Under the pieces are notes generated by a model that ran no database searches, was not told the origin of the DNA, and was given only the letters and a program-made list of their open reading frames with translations. Both the position numbers and the translations under genes were made by a program. A stretch of DNA of 64,000 nt, from NCBI GenBank assembly GCA_964453605.1, contig CAYVOI010000001.1:310029-374028 (forward strand), written 5' to 3'. Positions 16,418 through 24,792 of the stretch are shown one piece after another. The DNA comes from an uncultured Gammaproteobacteria bacterium. Lineage in GTDB: Bacteria > Patescibacteriota > Patescibacteriia > Veblenbacterales > UBA10138. Each line of letters opens with the position of its first letter. Position 1 is the stretch's first letter.

Positions 16418-16985
16418 CTGTATGCTTGTACACTCCACGGCCGCGCATTACTGGCTTCCCCTAGGCTTCGCTGTCACCATGCTCTGTGGTTTGGTGTACG
16501 TGGCAGTACAACAGAGCTTGCGGCAAGGCGGTAACGACCCACAGATTCAGATGGCTGAAGACCTGGCTGCCCGCGCTAGCCGCGGTGAGGCACTGAGCAG
16601 CTTAGTGCCCGTGGAGCACATTGATCTAGGTTCTAGCTTGGCGCCGTTTGTAATTATCTACGACGAGCAGGGCAAGGTTGTGGCAGGTTCAGGTGAGCTT
16701 GAGGGTAAGCTGCCCCAGGTTCCCTGGGGTGTACTACAGTACACTAAAGCTCATGGCGAAAACCGCCTCACCTGGCAACCGCGGTCAGGGGTGCGCATCG
16801 CAACCGTCACGGCCTACTTCAATGCTCCGACCCAATCAGGCTACGTGCTCGTTGGCCGGTCGCTCCGTGAGGTAGAACGCAGGGTTGGTATGCTCGGAAC
16901 CTACGCGCTCGCGGCTTGGTTTACGGCGTTAGTAGGTTCGTACGTAGCTCTGGCACTGTTGCCTAAACCATCGGGTGCTACTTGA
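16410..16985 (+). CDS. Hypothetical membrane-anchored protein
   Basis: 191-aa ORF with N- and C-terminal hydrophobic segments. Confidence 0.4.
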   Translation: MSSCMLVHSTAAHYWLPLGFAVTMLCGLVYVAVQQSLRQGGNDPQIQMAEDLAARASRGEALSSLVPVEHIDLGSSLAPFVIIYDEQGKVVAGSGELEGKLPQVPWGVLQYTKAHGENRLTWQPRSGVRIATVTAYFNAPTQSGYVLVGRSLREVERRVGMLGTYALAAWFTALVGSYVALALLPKPSGAT

Positions 16986-17643
16986 GGTAGGGGAGTACGT
17001 TTATCCACTGAGCGAGGTCGGCGGGTTTTTGTACGTAGCCTCGCAGGTTGAGGTTCACGCCGCGGTGGAGGCCGAGGTGCAGGTGCTTGCGCTCACCGTC
17101 GGTCTCAGTACTGTAGCCCCGGCCTAACACGCCTAAGCTAGCTCCGGCTTTGAGTTCAGTACCCACTAGGGCAGTTATGCTCGTGAGCTTGAGGTGACCG
17201 TACACAACGGTGATGGGTTGGCCTTGGAGCGTACAAGCCTGAACAGCCACACCACCGTAGCCTGAAGCCCACTTTTTTAGCAAGAGTTTCCCGCTGCAGA
17301 TGGCACGGACCTGGATTGCGCTGTCCTGCTCCCCGGGGAATGTTTCAAAATCAACGCCCGTATGGTAGCCCTGGAACCGCTCTGGGCTAACTGGTGAATG
17401 GGTGGGCGAGACATAGAGGCCAAAGGGTTTGAGGCTCACCCGTTCGAGCGCGCGCTCGAACGGCGCGGTGAGCTCAGGTTTGGTTTGAGGTGTGCTGGCT
17501 TGACTGGCCGAGCTGGTGCCGGGGGGTGCAGGTGTGCTCGAGGTAGAACTTGGAGGCCAGCTACAGCCAGCCAGCAACGCACTGAGCCCCAGTGAAACAG
17601 CAAGGTTTAGGAAACGTTTTAGGTAAACAGCGTGAGGTCGCAT
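16978..17643 (-). CDS. M23-family peptidase lipoprotein
   Basis: Lipobox LLAGCS. GYHTGVDFE and VYGHL match M23 HxxxD/HxH zinc motifs. Confidence 0.7.
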   Translation of the reverse strand: MRPHAVYLKRFLNLAVSLGLSALLAGCSWPPSSTSSTPAPPGTSSASQASTPQTKPELTAPFERALERVSLKPFGLYVSPTHSPVSPERFQGYHTGVDFETFPGEQDSAIQVRAICSGKLLLKKWASGYGGVAVQACTLQGQPITVVYGHLKLTSITALVGTELKAGASLGVLGRGYSTETDGERKHLHLGLHRGVNLNLRGYVQKPADLAQWINVLPYLK

Positions 17644-17716
17644 AGCGGTGCAGGTTAGTGAGTACAGTACCGCGGTTGTACGGAGAGCACAGAGGCACTA
17701 TACTACCTTAGTACTT

Positions 17717-18277
17717 ATGAAAACGTACTCAGATGAAGAGCTGGTGCGCCTGAGCGCTGAGGGTAGCCGCGAGGCCTTGGAAACGTTGGTCGCTCGCTAC
17801 CTCCAGCGTATCTATAGCTTTGCCTATGCTCGGGTGCGTTCGCGGGAAGCAGCCGAGGACATTGCCCAAGACGTGTTCGTGAAAGTGTGGCGGAATTTGC
17901 ACAGGTTTGACCAGGCCAGGCTGTTTAGGCCATGGCTCTACGAAATTGCTCGTAATACCGTGCTCGACGCCCTGAAGAAAAAGTCGGCTCTACCGTTTGC
18001 GCACTTTGCCGCGGCCGATGGGACCAACTGGTTGGAGCAGACCCTGGTTGACGAATCGCAGCAGTTGGAAGGAACTGCCGACCAGGCGCTGGTACGTGAT
18101 AAGCTAGCAGCGGCAGTAGGGCAACTTGCACCTAAGTACGCTGAAGTTGTCTCCCTCCACCATACCAAGGGTTTGCGCTTTAGGGAAATTGCCGAGTCCC
18201 TCAGGGAGCCACTCAACACCATCAAGAGCCGCTACCGCAGGGCAGTGCTGGCACTTAAGGGCATCATCAAGCCGTAG
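17717..18277 (+). CDS. ECF (sigma-70 family group 4) RNA polymerase sigma factor
   Basis: Region 2 (AEDIAQDVFVKVWRNLHRFD) and region 4 HTH (KGLRFREIAESLREPLNTIKSRYRRAV). ATG at 17717. Confidence 0.8.
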   Translation: MKTYSDEELVRLSAEGSREALETLVARYLQRIYSFAYARVRSREAAEDIAQDVFVKVWRNLHRFDQARLFRPWLYEIARNTVLDALKKKSALPFAHFAAADGTNWLEQTLVDESQQLEGTADQALVRDKLAAAVGQLAPKYAEVVSLHHTKGLRFREIAESLREPLNTIKSRYRRAVLALKGIIKP

Positions 18278-18422
18278 TGCACCAGGTTCGCTGCATGTGT
18301 CGTACTCATACATGAGGGCTCTTTAGTCAGCCCCTCTACCTTAGGGTGCTACCTCCGTGCCTTAGGGTATAATGTACATAAGGGTGCACCATTGTGCATC
18401 CTTATGTCGTACTAGGTTAGGT

Positions 18423-18833
18423 ATGGCTATGAATCAACCTCCCGTGCGTGTGCCTGAAGCTTCTCCTGATTTACTGGAGCGGGTACTGCTGAGGCTTGAC
18501 GTGGAGCAGCGCCTGCGTCGGGTGCGGCAGCGTTTGGTAGGTGCCTTATGCTTGGGTGCTGGCTTGTTAGTCTCTGCCATTCCGGCTTGGCACTCGTTCC
18601 AAGTGAACATCGCCCAGAGTGGGTTCAGTGACTTTGTGGGCCTGGGGTTCCACGATTTTAACCTGGTGGCTGCCACCTGGCAGGACTACCTCTTGAGCTT
18701 AGTTGAGTCATTACCCTTGCTTAGTACAACGGTACTCTTGGTATTGCTGTTGGGGGTGCTGTTTGCGGCTAAGCGCGTAGCTGAGTACAGCCGCACGCTC
18801 ATGAGTGGGGCCGAGGCACCGCTTTCAATTTAA
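18423..18833 (+). CDS. Putative anti-sigma factor-like membrane protein
   Basis: Downstream of the ECF sigma. Cytoplasmic N-terminus, one central TM helix, extracytoplasmic tail. Sequence is not diagnostic. Confidence 0.35.
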   Translation: MAMNQPPVRVPEASPDLLERVLLRLDVEQRLRRVRQRLVGALCLGAGLLVSAIPAWHSFQVNIAQSGFSDFVGLGFHDFNLVAATWQDYLLSLVESLPLLSTTVLLVLLLGVLFAAKRVAEYSRTLMSGAEAPLSI

Positions 18834-18842
18834 GCAAAATGT

Positions 18843-19352
18843 ATGGATACAGCAGCATTTTTTAGGTCAGTCTGGTTCACCCGCGCTCTCTATGGGCTGG
18901 GTGGCCTGATTGTGCTCCTCACTGTGTTCCAGCTCGGGGTGGTGGTAGGGTTTCACAAGGCAAGGTTTTCCTACCGTTGGGCAGAAAACTACCACCGTAC
19001 GTTCGGTGGCCCCCGCGCGGGCCTGTGGGGTGATGTAGAGGATCATGAGTTTATGGACAGCCATGGTTTGGTCGGTACGGTTATAAAAGTTGATGGGACC
19101 TCGGTAGTTGTGAAAGGCTCCGACGGTCTAGAGAAAGTTATTAGTACCACCCCTGCCACAACCCTGGAGCGCGGGCGACAAGTAGTGCAGCTTAGTGATC
19201 TTAAAGTCGACGATAAAATTGTGGTCCTAGGCTCGCCGCAAGATGACGGCTCGATTGCGGCTAAGTTCATTCGCATTTTTGATCAACTATTCGACCAGGC
19301 GCTGCCGCCACCTCCGCCGAGCGGGTTTCACTTCAAACCGTTGGGGTTTTAG
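18843..19352 (+). CDS. Membrane-anchored protein with a beta-rich domain paralogous to the N-domain of the 23099..23812 protein
   Basis: VIKVDGTSVVVKGSDGLEKV...DDKIVVLGSPQDDGSIAAKFIRI resembles KDDKSITVKMRDGSTKIVFF...GKQVTVMGMANSDGSVTAQSIQL. Confidence 0.4.
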   Translation: MDTAAFFRSVWFTRALYGLGGLIVLLTVFQLGVVVGFHKARFSYRWAENYHRTFGGPRAGLWGDVEDHEFMDSHGLVGTVIKVDGTSVVVKGSDGLEKVISTTPATTLERGRQVVQLSDLKVDDKIVVLGSPQDDGSIAAKFIRIFDQLFDQALPPPPPSGFHFKPLGF

Positions 19353-19373
19353 GACCAGCGGTACTGTACTTCT

Positions 19374-21134
19374 ATGAACATACTTACCCGTTTGTGGCAG
19401 CGTAAAGCTCTTGTGGGGCTTGTCACCGTGGTACTTGTTGGGGCAGGTTACTATGCTTATGCCCGTGGCAAAACTACCAGTGCCGCCCCGCGCTACGTTA
19501 CGGCTCAGGTTACGCGAGGTACATTGAGTGTTTCACTGAGTGGCACGGGGCAGGTAGCAGTTTCGAGCCAGCTTGACCTTAAGCCTAAGGCGTCTGGTGA
19601 CGTGGTTAAGGTGTTCGTTACCCAGGGGCAGAAGGTTACCGCTGGCCAGGTACTGATCCAGCTTAATACCCGAGACGCTGACAAGGCAATTCGCGATGCT
19701 CAAACTAACATTGAGTCGGCTAAGCTCGCTTTGCTCAAACTGCAGCAGCCGGCTGATGACCTCTCACTGCTCCAGGCTCAGAATGCTCTGGTGCAAGCTC
19801 AGGCGGGCAAGCAAAAAGCCACCGACGTCTTAGCTCAAGACTACGAGAGCGGGTTTAACACCGTAACCAGCACCTTCCTTAACCTGCCAACCATTATGGT
19901 GGGGCTACAAGATACGCTCTTGGGCACTTCCCTGGGCACCGCTGGGCAGACAAACAAAGATTACTACATCGACGCTCTTAAGCTGATTGATAACAAAGTC
20001 TACCAGTACGCTGATGATACCAACCAGAGCTACCAAGCAGCGCGTATGGTCTACGATGCCAATTTCCAGCACTACAAGGTAACTGACCGTTCGGCTCCAC
20101 CTGCCACCATCGAGGCGCTACTCACCGAAACGTACACCACTACGCAGGCCATAGCCCAAGCGGTAAAGGATGCTAACAACTTAATTCAGTTCTACAACGA
20201 CACACTTACCCAGCGGAGCCTAAAACCAAACCCCGGTGCTGCTACCTACCTTACAAACCTTACCACTTACGCTAGTCAAACTAACTCGGCGCTCACAAAT
20301 GTACTGAGTGCTAGAACAACACTCCAAACTGATAAAGACGCGTTAGTAGCTGACGACCAGTCGATTGCGGAAAAAACTGCTTCGCTCACGAAGCTCAAAG
20401 CCGGTACTGATCCACTGGACATTCAGTCACAGCAGCTCGCCATCACGCAGCGTGAAAACGCTCTACGTGATGCTGAAGAGGCGCTAGCGAACTACACTGT
20501 GCGGGCACCGTTCGGCGGTGTAGTGGCGGCCGTTACGACCAGAGTCGGGGACACGGTTTCTACCGGCACATCCTTAGGCACACTCATAACTACCGAACGC
20601 CTGGCCGATGTTACCCTGAACGAGGTAGACGTGGCTAAGGTAAAGCTGGGGCTGAAAGCGGTGTTGACGTTTGATGCTATACCAGACCTGAGCCTTAGCG
20701 GCCAGGTGGATGATATTGCGGCTTTAGGCACGGTGAGCCAAGGGGTGGTGTCGTACGATGTTAAAATTGGTTTTGATTCGCAAGACGACAGAATTAAAGA
20801 CGGCATGAGTGTGGCGGCGGCTATTATCACCGATGTTAAACAAGACGTGCTCATGGTGCCAAATGCGGCTGTGAAAACCCAAGGTACAGCCGGTTCCTAC
20901 GTGCAGGTGATGGTGAATGGCGCACCCGAGCGGAGGCCGGTGGAGGTCGGGGCTGCTAACGACACGGAGACCGAGGTGTCGGGGAATATTAGCGAAGGCG
21001 ACGAGGTGGTGACTCAGACTATTACCTCTACCACTACATCAAGCACCACGAACACTCAACAGCGCGGTGGCGTGGGTGGTGGCCTGTTTGGCGGTGGTAC
21101 GTTCCGTATAGGCACTGGCGGCCCTGGCCGCTAG
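19374..21134 (+). CDS. HlyD/MacA-family periplasmic adaptor (membrane fusion protein) with a long coiled-coil insert and Gly-rich tail
   Basis: N-terminal TM helix, biotinyl/lipoyl-like hairpin (VKVFVTQGQKVTAGQVLIQL), beta-barrel domain (YTVRAPFGGVVAAV), C-terminal GGVGGGLFGGG. Confidence 0.7.
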   Translation: MNILTRLWQRKALVGLVTVVLVGAGYYAYARGKTTSAAPRYVTAQVTRGTLSVSLSGTGQVAVSSQLDLKPKASGDVVKVFVTQGQKVTAGQVLIQLNTRDADKAIRDAQTNIESAKLALLKLQQPADDLSLLQAQNALVQAQAGKQKATDVLAQDYESGFNTVTSTFLNLPTIMVGLQDTLLGTSLGTAGQTNKDYYIDALKLIDNKVYQYADDTNQSYQAARMVYDANFQHYKVTDRSAPPATIEALLTETYTTTQAIAQAVKDANNLIQFYNDTLTQRSLKPNPGAATYLTNLTTYASQTNSALTNVLSARTTLQTDKDALVADDQSIAEKTASLTKLKAGTDPLDIQSQQLAITQRENALRDAEEALANYTVRAPFGGVVAAVTTRVGDTVSTGTSLGTLITTERLADVTLNEVDVAKVKLGLKAVLTFDAIPDLSLSGQVDDIAALGTVSQGVVSYDVKIGFDSQDDRIKDGMSVAAAIITDVKQDVLMVPNAAVKTQGTAGSYVQVMVNGAPERRPVEVGAANDTETEVSGNISEGDEVVTQTITSTTTSSTTNTQQRGGVGGGLFGGGTFRIGTGGPGR

Positions 21135-21150
21135 AGCTACTCCCCACACC

Positions 21151-21840
21151 ATGATTGAGTGCAAGAACATAACCAAGGTCTACCAGAGCGGGGGCACTGC
21201 TACCACAGTGCTTAAAGGTGTGTCGTTTACTGTTCGAGACGGCGAGTTTGTGGCTATCATGGGCCCTTCGGGCAGCGGTAAGAGCACCCTCATGCACATT
21301 TTAGGCGGGCTCGACACGCCAACGAGCGGTACCTACGTGCTCGATGACAAGGACGTGTCTACACTTTCGGACGACGATCTGGCGGAAGTGAGAAAGAACA
21401 GCATCGGGTTTGTGTTTCAAGCCTTTAACCTGCTCCCTCGCGCCAGCGTTTTACGGAACGTGAGCTTGCCGCTGGTCTACGCCAACATTCCCCGTGCCGA
21501 GCGCGAGCAGCGTGCCCGTGAGGCTCTGACACAGGCGGGTATGGAGGAGGAGCGGTTCCACCACCTTTCAAACCAGCTCTCCGGTGGGCAGATGCAACGT
21601 GTGGCAATAGCGCGGGCCTTGGTTAATAATCCAAAACTCGTGCTGGCTGATGAACCAACCGGTAACTTGGACACTAAGACTGGCGAGGTGGTGCTGAAAA
21701 CTTTTCAAGAGCTTAACGCCCAAGGCCACACCATTGTGCTCATTACCCACGAGCACGACGTAGCGAGCCACGCGCGGCGGATAGTTTCGATTCGCGATGG
21801 CAACATTGTAGACGACCAAATGGTTACCCAGCATCTATGA
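21151..21840 (+). CDS. ABC transporter ATP-binding protein (MacB/LolD type)
   Basis: Walker [10 protein letters not shown], signature [15 protein letters not shown], Walker [13 protein letters not shown]. Confidence 0.85.
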   Translation: MIECKNITKVYQSGGTATTVLKGVSFTVRDGEFVAIMGPSGSGKSTLMHILGGLDTPTSGTYVLDDKDVSTLSDDDLAEVRKNSIGFVFQAFNLLPRASVLRNVSLPLVYANIPRAEREQRAREALTQAGMEEERFHHLSNQLSGGQMQRVAIARALVNNPKLVLADEPTGNLDTKTGEVVLKTFQELNAQGHTIVLITHEHDVASHARRIVSIRDGNIVDDQMVTQHL

Positions 21841-23060
21841 AGTTTGTCGATTTGCTAGAGGAAACTTACGCTGCTATCGCGGTCAATAAGGTGCGCTCTG
21901 GACTTACCATTTTGGGTATTGTGATAGGTATTGGCTCGGTTATCGCCATGGTGGCGATTGGTCAAGGTGCCCAAGGGTCTATTCAAGCCAGCATTCAGTC
22001 CATTGGTTCTAACCTCATTATTGTGGTGCCAGGGTTTCAGCGTGGGGTGGGGAGCCAGGTGAGGACCGGCCGCGGCGGCGCCACCACCTTGACCCAAGAC
22101 GATGCCGACGCTATCGCTGCCCAGGTCACGCTGGCTCGCGCGGTCGCGCCCGAGAACTCACGGCGGTACCAGGTGACCACGCGCGGCCAGAACACCAACA
22201 CCCAGGTGGTGGGGACCGTGCCCCAGTACCCCGAAGTTCGCAACGTTACGGTGGATAGTGGCTCGTTCATAACTCAGGAACAAGTAGTAAGTGGCGCCAA
22301 GGTAGCCGTGCTCGGGCCCACCACCGTGAGCGACCTGTTTGGTGAGGGGGCCGACCCGATTGGTGAAACCGTACGCATCAACCGTATCGATTTCCGGGTT
22401 ATTGGCGTGACGCGGGCTAAGGGCGGTAGTGGGTTTGCGAATCCTGACGACGTGGTATTTGTCCCGCTCACGACCGCCGAGCACTATCTGGCGGGTGACA
22501 GCTATGTCACCACTATAAGCGTCGAGGCACAGGACCAGGGCAGCATGAGCACTATTCAGCAGCAGATAACGGAGCTATTGCTTCAGCGTCACAAGATTTC
22601 AGACCCTACCCAAGCTGATTTCCAAGTGCTGAACCAGTCTGACATTGTGGCTGCTGCATCGAGTGCTACGGGCATCTTTACCATTCTGCTGGCGTCCATC
22701 GCCGGCATTAGCTTGCTGGTGGGGGGCATTGGCATTATGAACATGATGTTAACCACGGTAACCGAGCGCACGCGGGAGATCGGGCTCCGTAAGGCGATTG
22801 GCGCACACCGTGGCGACATCAGTACTCAGTTCTTGCTCGAGGCGGTGATGCTGACGCTGGTTGGCGGTTGTTTAGGTGTATGTTTGGGGTGGCTGTTGGC
22901 GTGGGGTGTAACCAAGTTTGCTGCCATAACCACAACCGTGTCGGCCAGTTCGGTGCTACTGGCGTTTGGTGTTTCGGCTGCTATTGGTATTGTGTTTGGG
23001 TACTACCCAGCGCGGCGAGCGGCACGCTTGAACCCAATTGAGGCACTCAGATACGAGTAG
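21837..23060 (+). CDS. ABC transporter permease (FtsX/MacB-type, with MacB periplasmic domain)
   Basis: N-terminal TM helix, large periplasmic domain, C-terminal FtsX 3-TM bundle. Overlaps the ATPase stop. Confidence 0.8.
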   Translation: MKFVDLLEETYAAIAVNKVRSGLTILGIVIGIGSVIAMVAIGQGAQGSIQASIQSIGSNLIIVVPGFQRGVGSQVRTGRGGATTLTQDDADAIAAQVTLARAVAPENSRRYQVTTRGQNTNTQVVGTVPQYPEVRNVTVDSGSFITQEQVVSGAKVAVLGPTTVSDLFGEGADPIGETVRINRIDFRVIGVTRAKGGSGFANPDDVVFVPLTTAEHYLAGDSYVTTISVEAQDQGSMSTIQQQITELLLQRHKISDPTQADFQVLNQSDIVAAASSATGIFTILLASIAGISLLVGGIGIMNMMLTTVTERTREIGLRKAIGAHRGDISTQFLLEAVMLTLVGGCLGVCLGWLLAWGVTKFAAITTTVSASSVLLAFGVSAAIGIVFGYYPARRAARLNPIEALRYE

Positions 23061-23098
23061 TGTAACTTTACTGTGCTTATTTTTTAGTTAGAGCACGT

Positions 23099-23812
23099 AT
23101 GAACAAAATGATACTAACTGCAGCCGTGGCTGCAGTGGTAGCAGGTGGTGGAGCTTTCTACGCTGGCATGCAGTACGCCAAAGCCCAAGCTCCAAGTAGA
23201 GGAGCCGGTCAGTTTCAACAGTTTGGTGGCGGTCAGGGTGGACGCCGAAACGGGAGCCCCAGCGCCGGTGGGTTTGTGGGTGGTGAAATTTTAAGCAAGG
23301 ACGACAAGAGCATCACGGTTAAAATGCGTGACGGCAGTACCAAGATAGTGTTTTTTTCAAGCTCCACCTCAATCGGGAAGGTGGCAGAGGGTACAGCCGC
23401 CGACCTCGCGGTGGGGAAGCAGGTTACGGTTATGGGTATGGCGAATAGCGACGGCAGTGTCACAGCCCAAAGTATTCAGCTCCGGCCTGCTATGCCCATG
23501 CCGCAGGCGAGTAGCGCGCCAACCACTACCCAAGCAGGCGTAAAACAGTTTACCGTGGTGGCGCAGAACTTTGCCTTCGCCCCAGGCGAAATTCGAGTAA
23601 AGAAAGGGGATACGGTTAAGCTTACGCTCCAGAACCAAGACGGCTTCCACGACCTGGTGATAGACGAGTTCAACGTGCGCACGCCGCGTATTGGCCAAGG
23701 GCAAACCGCTGACGTGCAGTTTGTGGCCGATAAAACCGGCACCTTCCAGTACTACTGCTCGGTCGCGAACCACCGGGCTATGGGCATGTGGGGTAACCTT
23801 GTGGTGGAGTAG
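23099..23812 (+). CDS. Membrane-anchored cupredoxin (type-1 copper, plastocyanin/amicyanin-like) with an N-terminal beta-domain
   Basis: C-terminal FHDLVIDEF ... YYCSVANHRAMGM supplies His, Cys, His and Met copper ligands. Confidence 0.65.
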   Translation: MNKMILTAAVAAVVAGGGAFYAGMQYAKAQAPSRGAGQFQQFGGGQGGRRNGSPSAGGFVGGEILSKDDKSITVKMRDGSTKIVFFSSSTSIGKVAEGTAADLAVGKQVTVMGMANSDGSVTAQSIQLRPAMPMPQASSAPTTTQAGVKQFTVVAQNFAFAPGEIRVKKGDTVKLTLQNQDGFHDLVIDEFNVRTPRIGQGQTADVQFVADKTGTFQYYCSVANHRAMGMWGNLVVE

Positions 23813-23928
23813 CTTGCTCGTGCAAGTTTGGCGAAGCGCGAAGCTTAGCCAAATTTTCCTGTGGATTACGTCTTTTTTTGAGTGGAGTATACTGATGGTA
23901 TCATTTTTAACCACTAAGGAGTCAACCT

Positions 23929-24717
23929 ATGATCAAGTTCCGTGTTATGAAGCGAGTTTTGGCAACCGGCGTGGTGGGGCTCATGAGCACCATTGTTGTG
24001 CCGTCAGCTTCGGCCAACCACTCGTGGAACGGTTACCACTGGGCGCGCCAGAGTAACCCCTTTACCGTAAAGCTCGGTGATAACGTGAGCAGCGGCTGGG
24101 ACAGCTACCTCACCACCGCCTCGTCGCAGTGGAGCCAGTCCGATGTGCTCGACACTACCGTCGTTACCGGCCAAGCCAAGGCCAACTGTCGGCCAACGAG
24201 TGGGCGGGTGGAAGTCTGCAACAAAGCTTACGGTAACAACGGGTGGTTGGGGATTGCACAAATCTGGGTGAGCGGTAGCCACATCACCCAGGGCACGGTG
24301 AAGATGAATGACACCTACTTTGCTAGCTCAAGCTACAACACACAGGGCTGGAAGAGCTTGGTGATGTGTCAGGAAATTGGCCACACTTTTGGGTTGGCGC
24401 ACCAGGATGAGGACTACAACAACCCGCCAATTGTACCGCACACCTGTATGGATTACTTTGTGCCTGGTACCAACGAAACCGTGGGCCCGAACCAGCATGA
24501 CTACGACGAGCTCGACGTTATTTACTCACACCTCGACAGCACCACAACTGTTGGTGCGGCGCTGCCGGGCAACGGTCAGCGCCTCGGCGTGGGGAACGAC
24601 ACGCCGGGCGAGTGGGGTAAAGCTGTGCGCCAAGACGCCAAGGGCCGGAACTCCCTCTACGAGCAGGACTTGGGTGGCGGCAACAAGGCGTTCACCTTCG
24701 TGGTTTGGGCAGAGTAG
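23929..24717 (+). CDS. Secreted protein with a degenerate zincin-like motif (QEIGHTFGLAH)
   Basis: Signal peptide. ExxHxxGxxH resembles metzincin HExxHxxGxxH, but the first His is replaced by Gln. Confidence 0.4.
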   Translation: MIKFRVMKRVLATGVVGLMSTIVVPSASANHSWNGYHWARQSNPFTVKLGDNVSSGWDSYLTTASSQWSQSDVLDTTVVTGQAKANCRPTSGRVEVCNKAYGNNGWLGIAQIWVSGSHITQGTVKMNDTYFASSSYNTQGWKSLVMCQEIGHTFGLAHQDEDYNNPPIVPHTCMDYFVPGTNETVGPNQHDYDELDVIYSHLDSTTTVGAALPGNGQRLGVGNDTPGEWGKAVRQDAKGRNSLYEQDLGGGNKAFTFVVWAE

Positions 24718-24792
24718 CGGATTGTGCTGCGGCGGGGACCTACGGTCCCCGCCGTTTACGTAGTGTGTCAGGTACAGCTACAATAGCTGTAT

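Noticed and set aside
24718-24792. Mg2+ riboswitch (M-box) upstream of mgtA
   Set aside because: Only 75 nt separate the upstream terminator-like hairpin from the mgtA start. That is too short for an M-box, and no conserved M-box stretch is evident.
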